Below are positions 11,901 to 26,500 of a stretch of DNA of 64,000 nucleotides, in pieces. Numbering within the stretch: position 1 is the first letter of the stretch; the number at the start of each line of letters is the position of its first letter. The stretch spans positions 16,554,001 to 16,618,000 of the forward strand of contig OZ059900.1 in NCBI GenBank assembly GCA_964057225.1, written 5' to 3'. The notes below the pieces were generated by a model that saw nothing but the letters and a program-made list of their open reading frames with translations, was not told the origin of the DNA and did not search any database. Both the position numbers and the translations under genes were made by a program. Source of the DNA: Auanema rhodensis (Eukaryota; Animalia; Nematoda).

Positions 11901-14900
11901 ATATAATTGGAAACAGGCAGTACGCAATACGCAAACATTTGAATGACAGCTTTATTACAATACGACTTAGTTTACTCAATTATATCAAGCTTCATGAACA
12001 CGGACTGCTTGTGTAATATATAATAGCAATAATAGTTTCGTTTCTGTTTTTAATTAACTTTCCTGTACGCGAGTTATAATATTTAGAACGTGATTCCTTG
12101 ATTATGAAAAATTTTTAGAGCCTGCACTGATAATATAACTGGAAACAGGCAGTACGCGATACGCAAATATTTGAATGACAGCTTTATTACAATACGACTT
12201 AGTTTACTCAATTATATCAAGCTTCATGAACACGGACTGCTTGTGTAATATATAATAGCAATAATAGTTTCGTTTCTGTTTTTAATTAACTTTCCTGTAC
12301 GCGAGTTATAATATTTAGAACGTGATTCCTTGATTATGAAAAACTTTCAGAGCCTACACTGATAATATAATTGGAAACAGGCAGTACGCAATACGCAAAC
12401 ATTTGAATGACAGCTTTATTACAATACGACTTAGTTTACTCAATCATACCAATCTTCATGAACACGGACTGTTTGTGTAATAGATAATAGCAATAATAGT
12501 TTCGTTTCTGTTTTTAATTAACTTTCCTGTACGCGAGTTATAATATTTAGAACGTGATTCCTTGATTATGAAAAACTTTCAGAGCCTGCACTGATAATAT
12601 AATTGGAAACAGGCAGTACGCAATACGCAAACATTTGAATGACAGCTTTATTACAATACGACTTAGTTTACTCAATTATATCAAGCTTCATGAACACGGA
12701 CTGCTTGTGTAATATATAATAGCAATAATAGTTTCGTTTCTGTTTTTAATTAACTTTCCTGTACGCGAGTTATAATATTTAGAACGTGATTCCTTGATTA
12801 TGAAAAACTTTCAGAGCCTGCACTGATAATATAATTGGACACAGGCAGTACGCAATACGCAAACATTTGAATGACAGCTTTATTACAATACGACTTAGTT
12901 TACTCAATTATATCAAGCTTCATGAACACGGACTGCTTGTGTAATATATAATAGCAATAATAGTTTCGTTTCTGTTTTTAATTAACTTTCCTGTACGCGA
13001 GTTATAATATTTAGAACGTGATTCCTTGATTATGAAAAACTTTCAGAGCCTGCACTGATAATATAATTGGAAACAGGCAGTACGCAATACGCAAACATTT
13101 GAATGACAGCTTTATTACAATACGACTTAGTTTACTCAATTATATCAAGCTTCATGAACACGGACTGCTTGTGTAATATATAATAGCAATAATAGTTTCG
13201 TTTCTGTTTTTAATTAACTTTCCAGTACGCGAGTTATAATATTTAGAACGTGATTCCTTGATTATGAAAAACTTTCAGAGCCTGCACTGATAATATAATT
13301 GGAAACAGGCAGTACGCAATACGCAAACATTTGAATGACAGCTTTATTACAATACGACTTAGTTTACTCAATCATACCAATCTTCATGAACACGGACTGT
13401 TTGTGTAATAGATAATAGCAATAATAGTTTCGTTTCTGTTTTTAATTAACTTTCCTGTACGCGAGTTATAATATTTAGAACGTGATTCCTTGATTATGAA
13501 AAATTTTTAGAGCCTGCACTGATAATATAACTGGAAACAGGCAGTACGCGATACGCAAATATTTGAATGACAGCTTTATTACAATACGACTTAGTTTACT
13601 CAATTATATCAAGCTTCATGAACACGGACTGCTTGTGTAATATATAATAGCAATAATAGTTTCGTTTCTGTTTTTAATTAACTTTCCTGTACGCGAGTTA
13701 TAATATTTAGAACGTGATTCCTTGATTATGAAAAACTTTCAGAGCCTGCACTGATAATATAATTGGACACAGGCAGTACGCAATACGCAAACATTTGAAT
13801 GACAGCTTTATTACAATACGACTTAGTTTACTCAATTATATCAAGCTTCATGAACACGGACTGCTTGTGTAATATATAATAGCAATAATAGTTTCGTTTC
13901 TGTTTTTAATTAACTTTCCTGTACGCGAGTTATAATATTTAGAACGTGATTCCTTGATTATGAAAAACTTTCAGAGCCTGCACTGATAATATAATTGGAA
14001 ACAGGCAGTACGCAATACGCAAACATTTGAATGACAGCTTTATTACAATACGACTTAGTTTACTCAATTATATCAAGCTTCATGAACACGGACTGCTTGT
14101 GTAATATATAATAGCAATAATAGTTTCGTTTCTGTTTTTAATTAACTTTCCTGTACGCGAGTTATAATATTTAGAACGTGATTCCTTGATTATGAAAAAT
14201 TTTTAGAGCCTGCACTGATAATATAACTGGAAACAGGCAGTACGCGATACGCAAATATTTGAATGACAGCTTTACTACAATACGACTTAGTTTACTCAAT
14301 TATATCAAGCTTCATGAACACGGACTGCTTGTGTAATATATAATAGCAATAATAGTTTCGTTTCTGTTTTTAATTAACTTTCCTGTACGCGAGTTATAAT
14401 ATTTAGAACGTGATTCCTTGATTATGAAAAACTTTCAGAGCCTGCACTGATAATATAATTGGAAACAGGCAGTACGCAATACGCAAACATTTGAATGACA
14501 GCTTTAATACAATACGACTTAGCTTACTCAATCATATCAAGCTTCATGAACAGGGACTGTTTGTGTAATAGATGATAGCAATGATAGTTTCGTTTCTTTT
14601 TTTAATTAACTTTCCAGTACGCGAGTTATCATATTTAGAACGCGATTGCTTCATAATGAAAAATGTTTAGAGCCTGCACTGATAATATAACTGGCAACAG
14701 GCAATACGCAAACATTTGAATGACAGCTTTATTACAATACGACTTAGTTTACTCAATCATACCAATCTTCATGAACACGGACTGTTTGTGTAATAGATAA
14801 TAGCAATAATAGTTTCGTTTCTGTTTTTAATTAACTTTCCTGTACGCGAGTTATAATATTTAGAACGTGATTCCTTGATTATGAAAAATTTTTAGAGCCT

Positions 14901-17150
14901 GCACTGATAATATAACTGGAAACAGGCAGTACGCGATACGCAAATATTTGAATGACAGCTTTATTACAATACGACTTAGTTTACTCAATTATATCAAGCT
15001 TCATGAACACGGACTGCTTGTGTAATATATAATAGCAATAATAGTTTCGTTTCTGTTTTTAATTAACTTTCCTGTACGCGAGTTATAATATTTAGAACGT
15101 GATTCCTTGATTATGAAAAACTTTCAGAGCCTGCACTGATAATATAATTGGAAACAGGCAGTACGCAATACGCAAACATTTGAATGACAGCTTTATTACA
15201 ATACGACTTAGTTTACTCAATTATATCAAGCTTCATGAACACGGACTGCTTGTGTAATATATAATAGCAATAATAGTTTCGTTTCTGTTTTTAATTAACT
15301 TTCCAGTACGCGAGTTATAATATTTAGAACGTGATTCCTTGATTATGAAAAACTTTCAGAGCCTGCACTGATAATATAATTGGAAACAGGCAGTACGCAA
15401 TACGCAAACATTTGAATGACAGCTTTATTACAATACGACTTAGTTTACTCAATCATACCAATCTTCATGAACACGGACTGTTTGTGTAATAGATAATAGC
15501 AATAATAGTTTCGTTTCTGTTTTTAATTAACTTTCCTGTACGCGAGTTATAATATTTAGAACGTGATTCCTTGATTATGAAAAATTTTTAGAGCCTGCAC
15601 TGATAATATAACTGGAAACAGGCAGTACGCGATACGCAAATATTTGAATGACAGCTTTATTACAATACGACTTAGTTTACTCAATTATATCAAGCTTCAT
15701 GAACACGGACTGCTTGTGTAATATATAATAGCAATAATAGTTTCGTTTCTGTTTTTAATTAACTTTCCTGTACGCGAGTTATAATATTTAGAACGTGATT
15801 CCTTGATTATGAAAAACTTTCAGAGCCTGCACTGATAATATAATTGGAAACAGGCAGTACGCAATACGCAAACATTTGAATGACAGCTTTATTACAATAC
15901 GACTTAGTTTACTCAATTATATCAAGCTTCATGAACACGGACTGCTTGTGTAATATATAATAGCAATAATAGTTTCGTTTCTGTTTTTAATTAACTTTCC
16001 TGTACGCGAGTTATAATATTTAGAACGTGATTCCTTGATTATGAAAAATTTTTAGAGCCTGCACTGATAATATAACTGGAAACAGGCAGTACGCGATACG
16101 CAAATATTTGAATGACAGCTTTATTACAATACGACTTAGTTTACTCAATTATATCAAGCTTCATGAACACGGACTGCTTGTGTAATATATAATAGCAATA
16201 ATAGTTTCGTTTCTGTTTTTAATTAACTTTCCTGTACGCGAGTTATAATATTTAGAACGTGATTCCTTGATTATGAAAAACTTTCAGAGCCTGCACTGAT
16301 AATATAATTGGAAACAGGCAGTACGCAATACGCAAACATTTGAATGACAGCTTTATTACAATACGACTTAGTTTACTCAATCATACCAATCTTCATGAAC
16401 ACGGACTGTTTGTGTAATAGATAATAGCAATAATAGTTTCGTTTCTGTTTTTAATTAACTTTCCTGTACGCGAGTTATAATATTTAGAACGTGATTCCTT
16501 GATTATGAAAAACTTTCAGAGCCTGCACTGATAATATAATTGGAAACAGGCAGTACGCAATACGCAAACATTTGAATGACAGCTTTATTACAATACGACT
16601 TAGTTTACTCAATTATATCAAGCTTCATGAACACGGACTGCTTGTGTAATATATAATAGCAATAATAGTTTCGTTTCTGTTTTTAATTAACTTTCCTGTA
16701 CGCGAGTTATAATATTTAGAACGTGATTCCTTGATTATGAAAAACTTTCAGAGCCTGCACTGATAATATAATTGGACACAGGCAGTACGCAATACGCAAA
16801 CATTTGAATGACAGCTTTATTACAATACGACTTAGTTTACTCAATTATATCAAGCTTCATGAACACGGACTGCTTGTGTAATATATAATAGCAATAATAG
16901 TTTCGTTTCTGTTTTTAATTAACTTTCCTGTACGCGAGTTATAATATTTAGAACGTGATTCCTTGATTATGAAAAACTTTCAGAGCCTGCACTGATAATA
17001 TAATTGGAAACAGGCAGTACGCAATACGCAAACATTTGAATGACAGCTTTATTACAATACGACTTAGTTTACTCAATTATATCAAGCTTCATGAACACGG
17101 ACTGCTTGTGTAATATATAATAGCAATAATAGTTTCGTTTCTGTTTTTAA
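8905..17150 (+). repeat. SatB 17-monomer (3937-bp) tandem duplication; ends approximate
   Basis: Variants recur at +3937 (16x232+225): TCCAG 9284/13221, TTTACTAC 10334/14271, GCTTTAATAC 10564/14501, GGACAC 12837/16774. Confidence 0.9.
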
Positions 17151-18129
17151 TTAACTTTCCTGTACGCGAGTTATAATATTTAGAACGTGATTCCTTGATT
17201 ATGAAAAATTTTTAGAGCCTGCACTGATAATATAACTGGAAACAGGCAGTACGCGATACGCAAATATTTGAATGACAGCTTTATTACAATACGACTTAGT
17301 TTACTCAATTATATCAAGCTTCATGAACACGGACTGCTTGTGTAATATATAATAGCAATAATAGTTTCGTTTCTGTTTTTAATTAACTTTCCTGTACGCG
17401 AGTTATAATATTTAGAACGTGATTCCTTGATTATGAAAAACTTTCAGAGCCTGCACTGATAATATAATTGGAAACAGGCAGTACGCAATACGCAAACATT
17501 TGAATGACAGCTTTATTACAATACGACTTAGTTTACTCAATTATATCAAGCTTCATGAACACGGACTGCTTGTGTAATATATAATAGCAATAATAGTTTC
17601 GTTTCTGTTTTTAATTAACTTTCCTGTACGCGAGTTATAATATTTAGAACGTGATTCCTTGATTATGAAAAACTTTCAGAGCCTGCACTGATAATATAAT
17701 TGGAAACAGGCAGTACGCAATACGCAAACATTTGAATGACAGCTTTATTACAATACGACTTAGTTTACTCAATCATACCAATCTTCATGAACACGGAATG
17801 TTTGTGTAATAGATAATAGCAATAATAGTTTCGTTTCTGTTTTTAATTAACTTTCCTGTACGCGAGTTATAATATTTAGAACGTGATTCCTTGATTATGA
17901 AAAATTTTTAGAGCCTGCACTGATAATATAACTGGAAACAGGCAGTACGCGATACGCAAATATTTGAATGACAGCTTTATTACAATACGACTTAGTTTAC
18001 TCAATTATATCAAGCTTCATGAACACGGACTGCTTGTGTAATATATAATAGCAATAATAGTTTCGTTTCTGTTTTTAATTAACTTTCCTGTACGCGAGTT
18101 ATAATATTTAGAACGTGATTCCTTGATTA

Positions 18130-19050
18130 TGAAAAACTTTCAGAGCCTGCACTGATAATATAATTGGACACAGGCAGTACGCAATACGCAAACATTTGAA
18201 TGACAGCTTTATTACAATACGACTTAGTTTACTCAATTATATCAAGCTTCATGAACACGGACTGCTTGTGTAATATATAATAGCAATAATAGTTTCGTTT
18301 CTTTTTTTAATTATTTTTCCAGTACGCGAGTTATCATATTTAGAACGCGATTGCTTCATAATGAAAAATGTTTAGAGCCTGCACTGATAATATAACTGGC
18401 AACAGGCAATACGCAAACATTTGAATGACAGCTTTATTACAATACGACTTAGTTTACTCAATCATACCAATCTTCATGAACACGGACTGTTTGTGTAATA
18501 GATAATAGCAATAATAGTTTCGTTTCTGTTTTTAATTAACTTTCCTGTACGCGAGTTATAATATTTAGAACGTGATTCCTTGATTATGAAAAACTTTCAG
18601 AGCCTGCACTGATAATATAATTGGAAACAGGCAGTACGCAATACGTAAACATTTGAATGACAGCTTTATTACAATACGACTTAGTTTACTCAATTATATC
18701 AAGCTTCATGAACACGGACTGCTTGTGTAATATATAATAGCAATAATAGTTTCGTTTCTTTTTTTAATTATTTTTCCAGTACGCGAGTTATCATATTTAG
18801 AACGCGATTGCTTCATAATGAAAAATGTTTAGAGCCTGCACTGATAATATAACTGGCAACAGGCAATACGCAAACATTTGAATGACAGCTTTATTACAAT
18901 ACGACTTAGTTTACTCAATCATACCAATCTTCATGAACACGGACTGTTTGTGTAATAGATAATAGCAATAATAGTTTCGTTTCTGTTTTTAATTAACTTT
19001 CCTGTACGCGAGTTATAATATTTAGAACGTGATTCCTTGATTATGAAAAA
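18130..19050 (+). repeat. SatB local dimer duplication (457 bp = 232+225); ends approximate
   Basis: The rare variant TTATTTTTCCAG occurs at 18311 and 18768, each time followed by a 7-bp-deletion monomer. Confidence 0.75.
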
Positions 19051-20554
19051 TTTTTAGAGCCTGCACTGATAATATAACTGGAAACAGGCAGTACGCGATA
19101 CGCAAATATTTGAATGACAGCTTTATTACAATACGACTTAGTTTACTCAATTATATCAAGCTTCATGAACACGGACTGCTTGTGTAATATATAATAGCAA
19201 TAATAGTTTCGTTTCTGTTTTTAATTAACTTTCCTGTACGCGAGTTATAATATTTAGAACGTGATTCCTTGATTATGAGAAACTTTCAGAGCCTGCACTG
19301 ATAATATAATTGGAAACAGGCAGTACGCAATACGCAAACATTTGAATGACAGCTTTATTACAATACGACTTAGTTTACTCAATTATATCAAGCTTCATGA
19401 ACACGGACTGCTTGTGTAATAGATAATAGCAATAATAGTTTCGTTTCTGTTTTTAATTAACTTTCCTGTACGCGAGTTATAATATTTAGAACGTGATTCC
19501 TTGATTATGAAAAATTTTTAGAGCCTGCACTGATAATATAACTGGAAACAGGCAGTACGCGATACGCAAATATTTGAATGACAGCTTTATTACAATACGA
19601 CTTAGTTTACTCAATTATATCAAGCTTCATGAACACGGACTGCTTGTGTAATATATAATAGCAATAATAGTTTCGTTTCTGTTTTTAATTAACTTTCCTG
19701 TACGCGAGTTATAATATTTAGAACGTGATTCCTTGATTATGAAAAACTTTCAGAGCCTGCACTGATAATATAATTGGACACAGGCAGTACGCAATACGCA
19801 AACATTTGAATGACAGCTTTATTACAATACGACTTAGTTTACTCAATTATATCAAGCTTCATGAACACGGACTGCTTGTGTAATATATAATAGCAATAAT
19901 AGTTTCGTTTCTGTTTTTAATTAACTTTCCTGTACGCGAGTTATAATATTTAGAACGTGATTCCTTGATTATGAAAAACTTTCAGAGCCTGCACTGATAA
20001 TATAATTGGAAACAGGCAGTACGCAATACGTAAACATTTGAATGACAGCTTTATTACAATACGACTTAGTTTACTCAATTATATCAAGCTTCATGAACAC
20101 GGACTGCTTGTGTAATATATAATAGCAATAATAGTTTCGTTTCTGTTTTTAATTAACTTTCCTGTACGCGAGTTATAATATTTAGAACGTGATTCCTTGA
20201 TTATGAAAAATTTTTAGAGCCTGCACTGATAATATAACTGGAAACAGGCAGTACGCGATACGCAAATATTTGAATGACAGCTTTATTACAATACGACTTA
20301 GTTTACTCAATTATATCAAGCTTCATGAACACGGACTGCTTGTGTAATATATAATAGCAATAATAGTTTCGTTTCTGTTTTTAATTAACTTTCCTGTACG
20401 CGAGTTATAATATTTAGAACGTGATTCCTTGATTATGAAAAACTTTCAGAGCCTGCACTGATAATATAATTGGAAACAGGCAGTACGCAATACGCAAACA
20501 TTTGAATGACAGCTTTATTACAATACGACTTAGTTTACTCAATCATACCAATCT

Positions 20555-20720
20555 TCATGAACACGGACTGTTTGTGTAATAGATAATAGCAATAATAGTT
20601 TCGTTTCTGTTTTTAATTAACTTTCCTGTACGCGATTGGAAACAGGCAGTACGCAATACGCAAACATTTGAATGACAGCTTTATTACAATACGACTTAGT
20701 TTACTCAATCATACCAATCT
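20555..20720 (+). repeat. Truncated 166-bp SatB monomer (66-bp internal deletion)
   Basis: GTACGCGA is joined directly to TTGGAAACAGG at 20635/20636. The TCATGAACAC spacing from 20555 to 20721 is 166 bp. Confidence 0.92.
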
Positions 20721-21079
20721 TCATGAACACGGACTGTTTGTGTAATAGATAATAGCAATAATAGTTTCGTTTCTGTTTTTAATTAACTTTCCTGTACGCG
20801 AGTTATAATATTTAGAACGTGATTCCTTGATTATAAAAACTTTCAGAGCCTGCACTGATAATATAATTGGAAACAGGCAGTACGCAATACGCAAACATTT
20901 GAATGACAGCTTTATTACAATACGACTTAGTTTACTCAATCATACCAATCTTCATGAACACGGACTGTTTGTGTAATAGATAATAGCAATAATAGTTTCG
21001 TTTCTGTTTTTAATTAACTTTCCTGTACGCGAGTTATAATATTTAGAACGTGATTCCTTGATTATGAAAAATTTTTAGA

Positions 21080-23590
21080 GCCTGCACTGATAATATAACT
21101 GGAAACAGGCAGTACGCGATACGCAAATATTTGAATGACAGCTTTATTACAATACGACTTAGTTTACTCAATTATATCAAGCTTCATGAACACGGACTGC
21201 TTGTGTAATATATAATAGCAATAATAGTTTCGTTTCTGTTTTTAATTAACTTTCCTGTACGCGAGTTATAATATTTAGAACGTGATTCCTTGATTATGAA
21301 AAACTTTCAGAGCCTGCACTGATAATGTAATTGGAAACAGGCAGTACGCAATACGCAAACATTTGAATGACAGCTTTATTACAATACGACTTTGTTTACT
21401 CAATTATATCAAGCTTCATGAACAGGGACTGTTTGTGTAATAGATGATAGCAATGATAGTTTCGTTTCTTTTTTTAATTAACTTTCCAGTACGCGAGTTA
21501 TCATATTTAGAACGCGATTGCTTCATAATGAAAAATGTTTAGAGCCTGCACTGATAATATAACTGGCAACAGGCAATACGCAAACATTTGAATGACAGCT
21601 TTATTACAATACGACTTAGTTTACTCAATCATACCAATCTTCATGAACACGGACTGTTTGTGTAATAGATAATAGCAATAATAGTTTCGTTTCTGTTTTT
21701 AATTAACTTTCCTGTACGCGAGTTATAATATTTAGAACGTGATTCCTTGATTATGAAAAAATTTTTAGAGCCTGCACTGATAATATAACTGGAAACAGGC
21801 AGTACGCGATACGCAAATATTTGAATGACAGCTTTAATACAATACGACTTAGCTTACTCAATCATATCAAGCTTCATGAACAGGGACTGTTTGTGTAATA
21901 GATGATAGCAATGATAGTTTCGTTTCTTTTTTTAATTAACTTTCCAGTACGCGAGTTATCATATTTAGAACGCGACTGCTTCATAATGAAAAATGTTTAG
22001 AGCCTGCACTGATAATATAACTGGCAACAGGCAATACGCAAACATTTGAATGACAGCTTTATTACAATACGACTTAGTTTACTCAATCATATCAAGCTTC
22101 ATGAACAGGGACTGCTTGTGTAATAGATGATAGCAATGATAGTTTCGTTTCTTTTTTTAATTAACTTTCCAGTACGCGAGTTATCATATTTAGAACGCGA
22201 TTGCTTCATAATGAAAAATGTTTAGAGCCTGCACTGATAATATAACTGGAAACAGGCAGTACGCGATACGCAAATATTTGAATGACAGCTTTATTACAAT
22301 ACGACTTAGTTTACTCAATTATATCAAGCTTCATGAACACGGACTGCTTGTGTAATATATAATAGCAATAATAGTTTCGTTTCTGTTTTTAATTAACTTT
22401 CCTGTACGCGAGTTATAATATTTAGAACGTGATTCCTTGATTATGAAAAACTTTCAGAGCCTGCACTGATAATGTAATTGGAAACAGGCAGTACGCAATA
22501 CGCAAACATTTGAATGACAGCTTTATTACAATACGACTTTGTTTACTCAATTATATCAAGCTTCATGAACAGGGACTGTTTGTGTAATAGATGATAGCAA
22601 TGATAGTTTCGTTTCTTTTTTTAATTAACTTTCCAGTACGCGAGTTATCATATTTAGAACGCGATTGCTTCATAATGAAAAATGTTTAGAGCCTGCACTG
22701 ATAATATAACTGGCAACAGGCAATACGCAAACATTTGAATGACAGCTTTATTACAATACGACTTAGTTTACTCAATCATACCAATCTTCATGAACACGGA
22801 CTGTTTGTGTAATAGATAATAGCAATAATAGTTTCGTTTCTGTTTTTAATTAACTTTCCTGTACGCGAGTTATAATATTTAGAACGTGATTCCTTGATTA
22901 TGAAAAAATTTTTAGAGCCTGCACTGATAATATAACTGGAAACAGGCAGTACGCGATACGCAAATATTTGAATGACAGCTTTAATACAATACGACTTAGC
23001 TTACTCAATCATATCAAGCTTCATGAACAGGGACTGTTTGTGTAATAGATGATAGCAATGATAGTTTCGTTTCTTTTTTTAATTAACTTTCCAGTACGCG
23101 AGTTATCATATTTAGAACGCGACTGCTTCATAATGAAAAATGTTTAGAGCCTGCACTGATAATATAACTGGCAACAGGCAATACGCAAACATTTGAATGA
23201 CAGCTTTATTACAATACGACTTAGTTTACTCAATCATATCAAGCTTCATGAACAGGGACTGCTTGTGTAATAGATGATAGCAATGATAGTTTCGTTTCTT
23301 TTTTTAATTAACTTTCCAGTACGCGAGTTATCATATTTAGAACGCGATTGCTTCATAATGAAAAATGTTTAGAGCCTGCACTGATAATATAACTGGAAAC
23401 AGGCAGTACGCGATACGCAAATATTTGAATGACAGCTTTATTACAATACGACTTAGTTTACTCAATTATATCAAGCTTCATGAACACGGACTGCTTGTGT
23501 AATATATAATAGCAATAATAGTTTCGTTTCTGTTTTTAATTAACTTTCCTGTACGCGAGTTATAATATTTAGAACGTGATTCCTTGATTA
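21080..23590 (+). repeat. SatB 5-monomer (1147-bp) tandem duplication, also present in the second 10-kb copy (about 31015-33525); ends approximate
   Basis: GATAATGTAA at 21321/22468 and 31256/32403. The linked variants GACTTTGTT and CGCGACTGC repeat with the same offset. 1147 = 2x232+233+2x225. Confidence 0.88.
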
Positions 23591-26500
23591 TGAAAAATTT
23601 TTAGAGCCTGCACTGATAATATAACTGGAAACAGGCAGTACGCGATACGCAAATATTTGAATGACAGCTTTAATACAATACGACTTAGCTTACTCAATTA
23701 TATCAAGCTTCATGAACACGGACTGCTTGTGTAATAGATGATAGCAATGATAGTTTCGTTTCTTTTTTTAATTAACTTTCCAGTACGCGAGTTATAATAT
23801 TTAGAACGTGATTCCTTGATTATGAAAAACTTTCAGAGCCTGCACTGATAATATAATTGGAAACAGGCAATACGCAAACATTTGAATGACAGCTTTATTA
23901 CAATACGACTTAGTTTACTCAATTATATCAAGCTTCATGAACACGGACTGTTTGTGCAATAGATGATAGCAAGGATAGTTTCGTTTCTTTTTTTAATTAA
24001 CTTTCCAGTACGCGAGTTATAATATTTAGAACGTGATTCCTTGATTATGAAAAATTTTTAGAGCCTGCACTGATAATATAACTGGAAACAGGCAGTACGC
24101 GATACGCAAATATTTGAATGACAGCTTTATTACAATACGACTTAGTTTACTCAATTATATCAAGCTTCATGAACACGGACTGCTTGTGCAATAGATGATA
24201 GCAAGGATAGTTTCGTTTCTTTTTTTAATTAACTTTCCAGTACGCGAGTTATAATATTTAGAACGCGATTCCTTGATAATGAAAAACTTTCAGAGCCTGC
24301 ACTGATAATATAATTGGAAACAGGCAGTACGCAATACGCAAACATTTGAATGACAGCTTTATTACAATACGACTTAGTTTACTCAATCATACCAATCTTC
24401 ATGAACACGGACTGTTTGTGTAATAGATAATAGCAATAATAGTTTCGTTTCTGTTTTTAATTAACTTTCCTGTACGCGAGTTATAATATTTAGAACGTGA
24501 TTCCTTGATTATAAAAACTTTCAGAGCCTGCACTGATAATATAATTGGAAACAGGCAGTACGCAATACGCAAATATTTGAATGACAGCTTTATTACAATA
24601 CGACTTCGTTGACTTAGTTTACTCAATTATATCAAGCTTCATGAACAGGGACTGTTTGTGTAATAGATGATAGCAATGATAGTTTTGTTTCTTTTTTTAA
24701 TTAACTTTCCAGTACGCGAGTTATCATATTTAGAACGCGATTGCTTCATAATGAAAAATGTTTAGAGCCTGCACTGATAATATAACTGGCAACAGGCAAT
24801 ACGCAAACATTTGAATGACAGCTTTATTACAATACGACTTAGTTTACTCAATCATACCAATCTTCATGAACACGGACTGTTTGTGTAATAGATAATAGCA
24901 ATAATAGTTTCGTTTCTGTTTTTAATTAACTTTCCTGTACGCGAGTTATAATATTTAGAACGTGATTCCTTGATTATGAAAAATTTTTAGAGCCTGCACT
25001 GATAATATAACTGGAAACAGGCAGTACGCGATACGCAAATATTTGAATGACAGCTTTATTACAATACGACTTAGTTTACTCAATTATATCAAGCTTCATG
25101 AACACGGACTGCTTGTGTAATATATAATAGCAATAATAGTTTCGTTTCTGTTTTTAATTAACTTTCCTGTACGCGAGTTATAATATTTAGAACGTGATTC
25201 CTTGATTATGAAAAACTTTCAGAGCCTGCACTGATAATATAATTGGAAACAGGCAGTACGCAATACGCAAACATTTGAATGACAGCTTTATTACAATACG
25301 ACTTAGTTTACTCAATTATATCAAGCTTCATGAACACGGACTGCTTGTGTAATATATAATAGCAATAATAGTTTCGTTTCTGTTTTTAATTAACTTTCCT
25401 GTACGCGAGTTATAATATTTAGAACGTGATTCCTTGATTATGAAAAATTTTTAGAGCCTGCACTGATAATATAACTGGAAACAGGCAGTACGCGATACGC
25501 AAATATTTGAATGACAGCTTTATTACAATACGACTTAGTTTACTCAATTATATCAAGCTTCATGAACACGGACTGCTTGTGTAATATATAATAGCAATAA
25601 TAGTTTCGTTTCTGTTTTTAATTAACTTTCCTGTACGCGAGTTATAATATTTAGAACGTGATTCCTTGATTATGAAAAACTTTCAGAGCCTGCACTGATA
25701 ATATAATTGGAAACAGGCAGTACGCAATACGCAAACATTTGAATGACAGCTTTATTACAATACGACTTAGTTTACTCAATTATATCAAGCTTCATGAACA
25801 CGGACTGCTTGTGTAATATATAATAGCAATAATAGTTTCGTTTCTGTTTTTAATTAACTTTCCTGTACGCGAGTTATAATATTTAGAACGTGATTCCTTG
25901 ATTATGAAAAACTTTCAGAGCCTGCACTGATAATATAATTGGAAACAGGCAGTACGCAATACGCAAACATTTGAATGACAGCTTTATTACAATACGACTT
26001 AGTTTACTCAATCATACCAATCTTCATGAACACGGACTGTTTGTGTAATAGATAATAGCAATAATATTTTTGTTTCTGTTTTTAATTAACTTTCCTGTAC
26101 GCGAGTTATAATATTTAGAACGTGATTCCTTGATTATGAAAAAATTTTTAGAGCCTGCACTGATAATATAACTGGAAACAGGCAGTACGCGATACGCAAA
26201 TATTTGAATGACAGCTTTAGTACAATACGACTTAGCTTACTCAATCATATCAAGCTTCATGAACAGGGACTGTTTGTGCAATAGATGATAGCAATGATAG
26301 TTTCGTTTCTTTTTTTAATTAACTTTCCAGTACGCGAGTTATAATATTTAGAACGCGATTGCTTCATAATGAAAAATGTTTAGAGCCTGCACTGATAATA
26401 TAACTGGCAACAGGCAATACGCAAACATTTGAATGACAGCTTTATTACAATACGACTTAGTTTACTCAATCATACCAATCTTCATGAACACGGACTGTTT

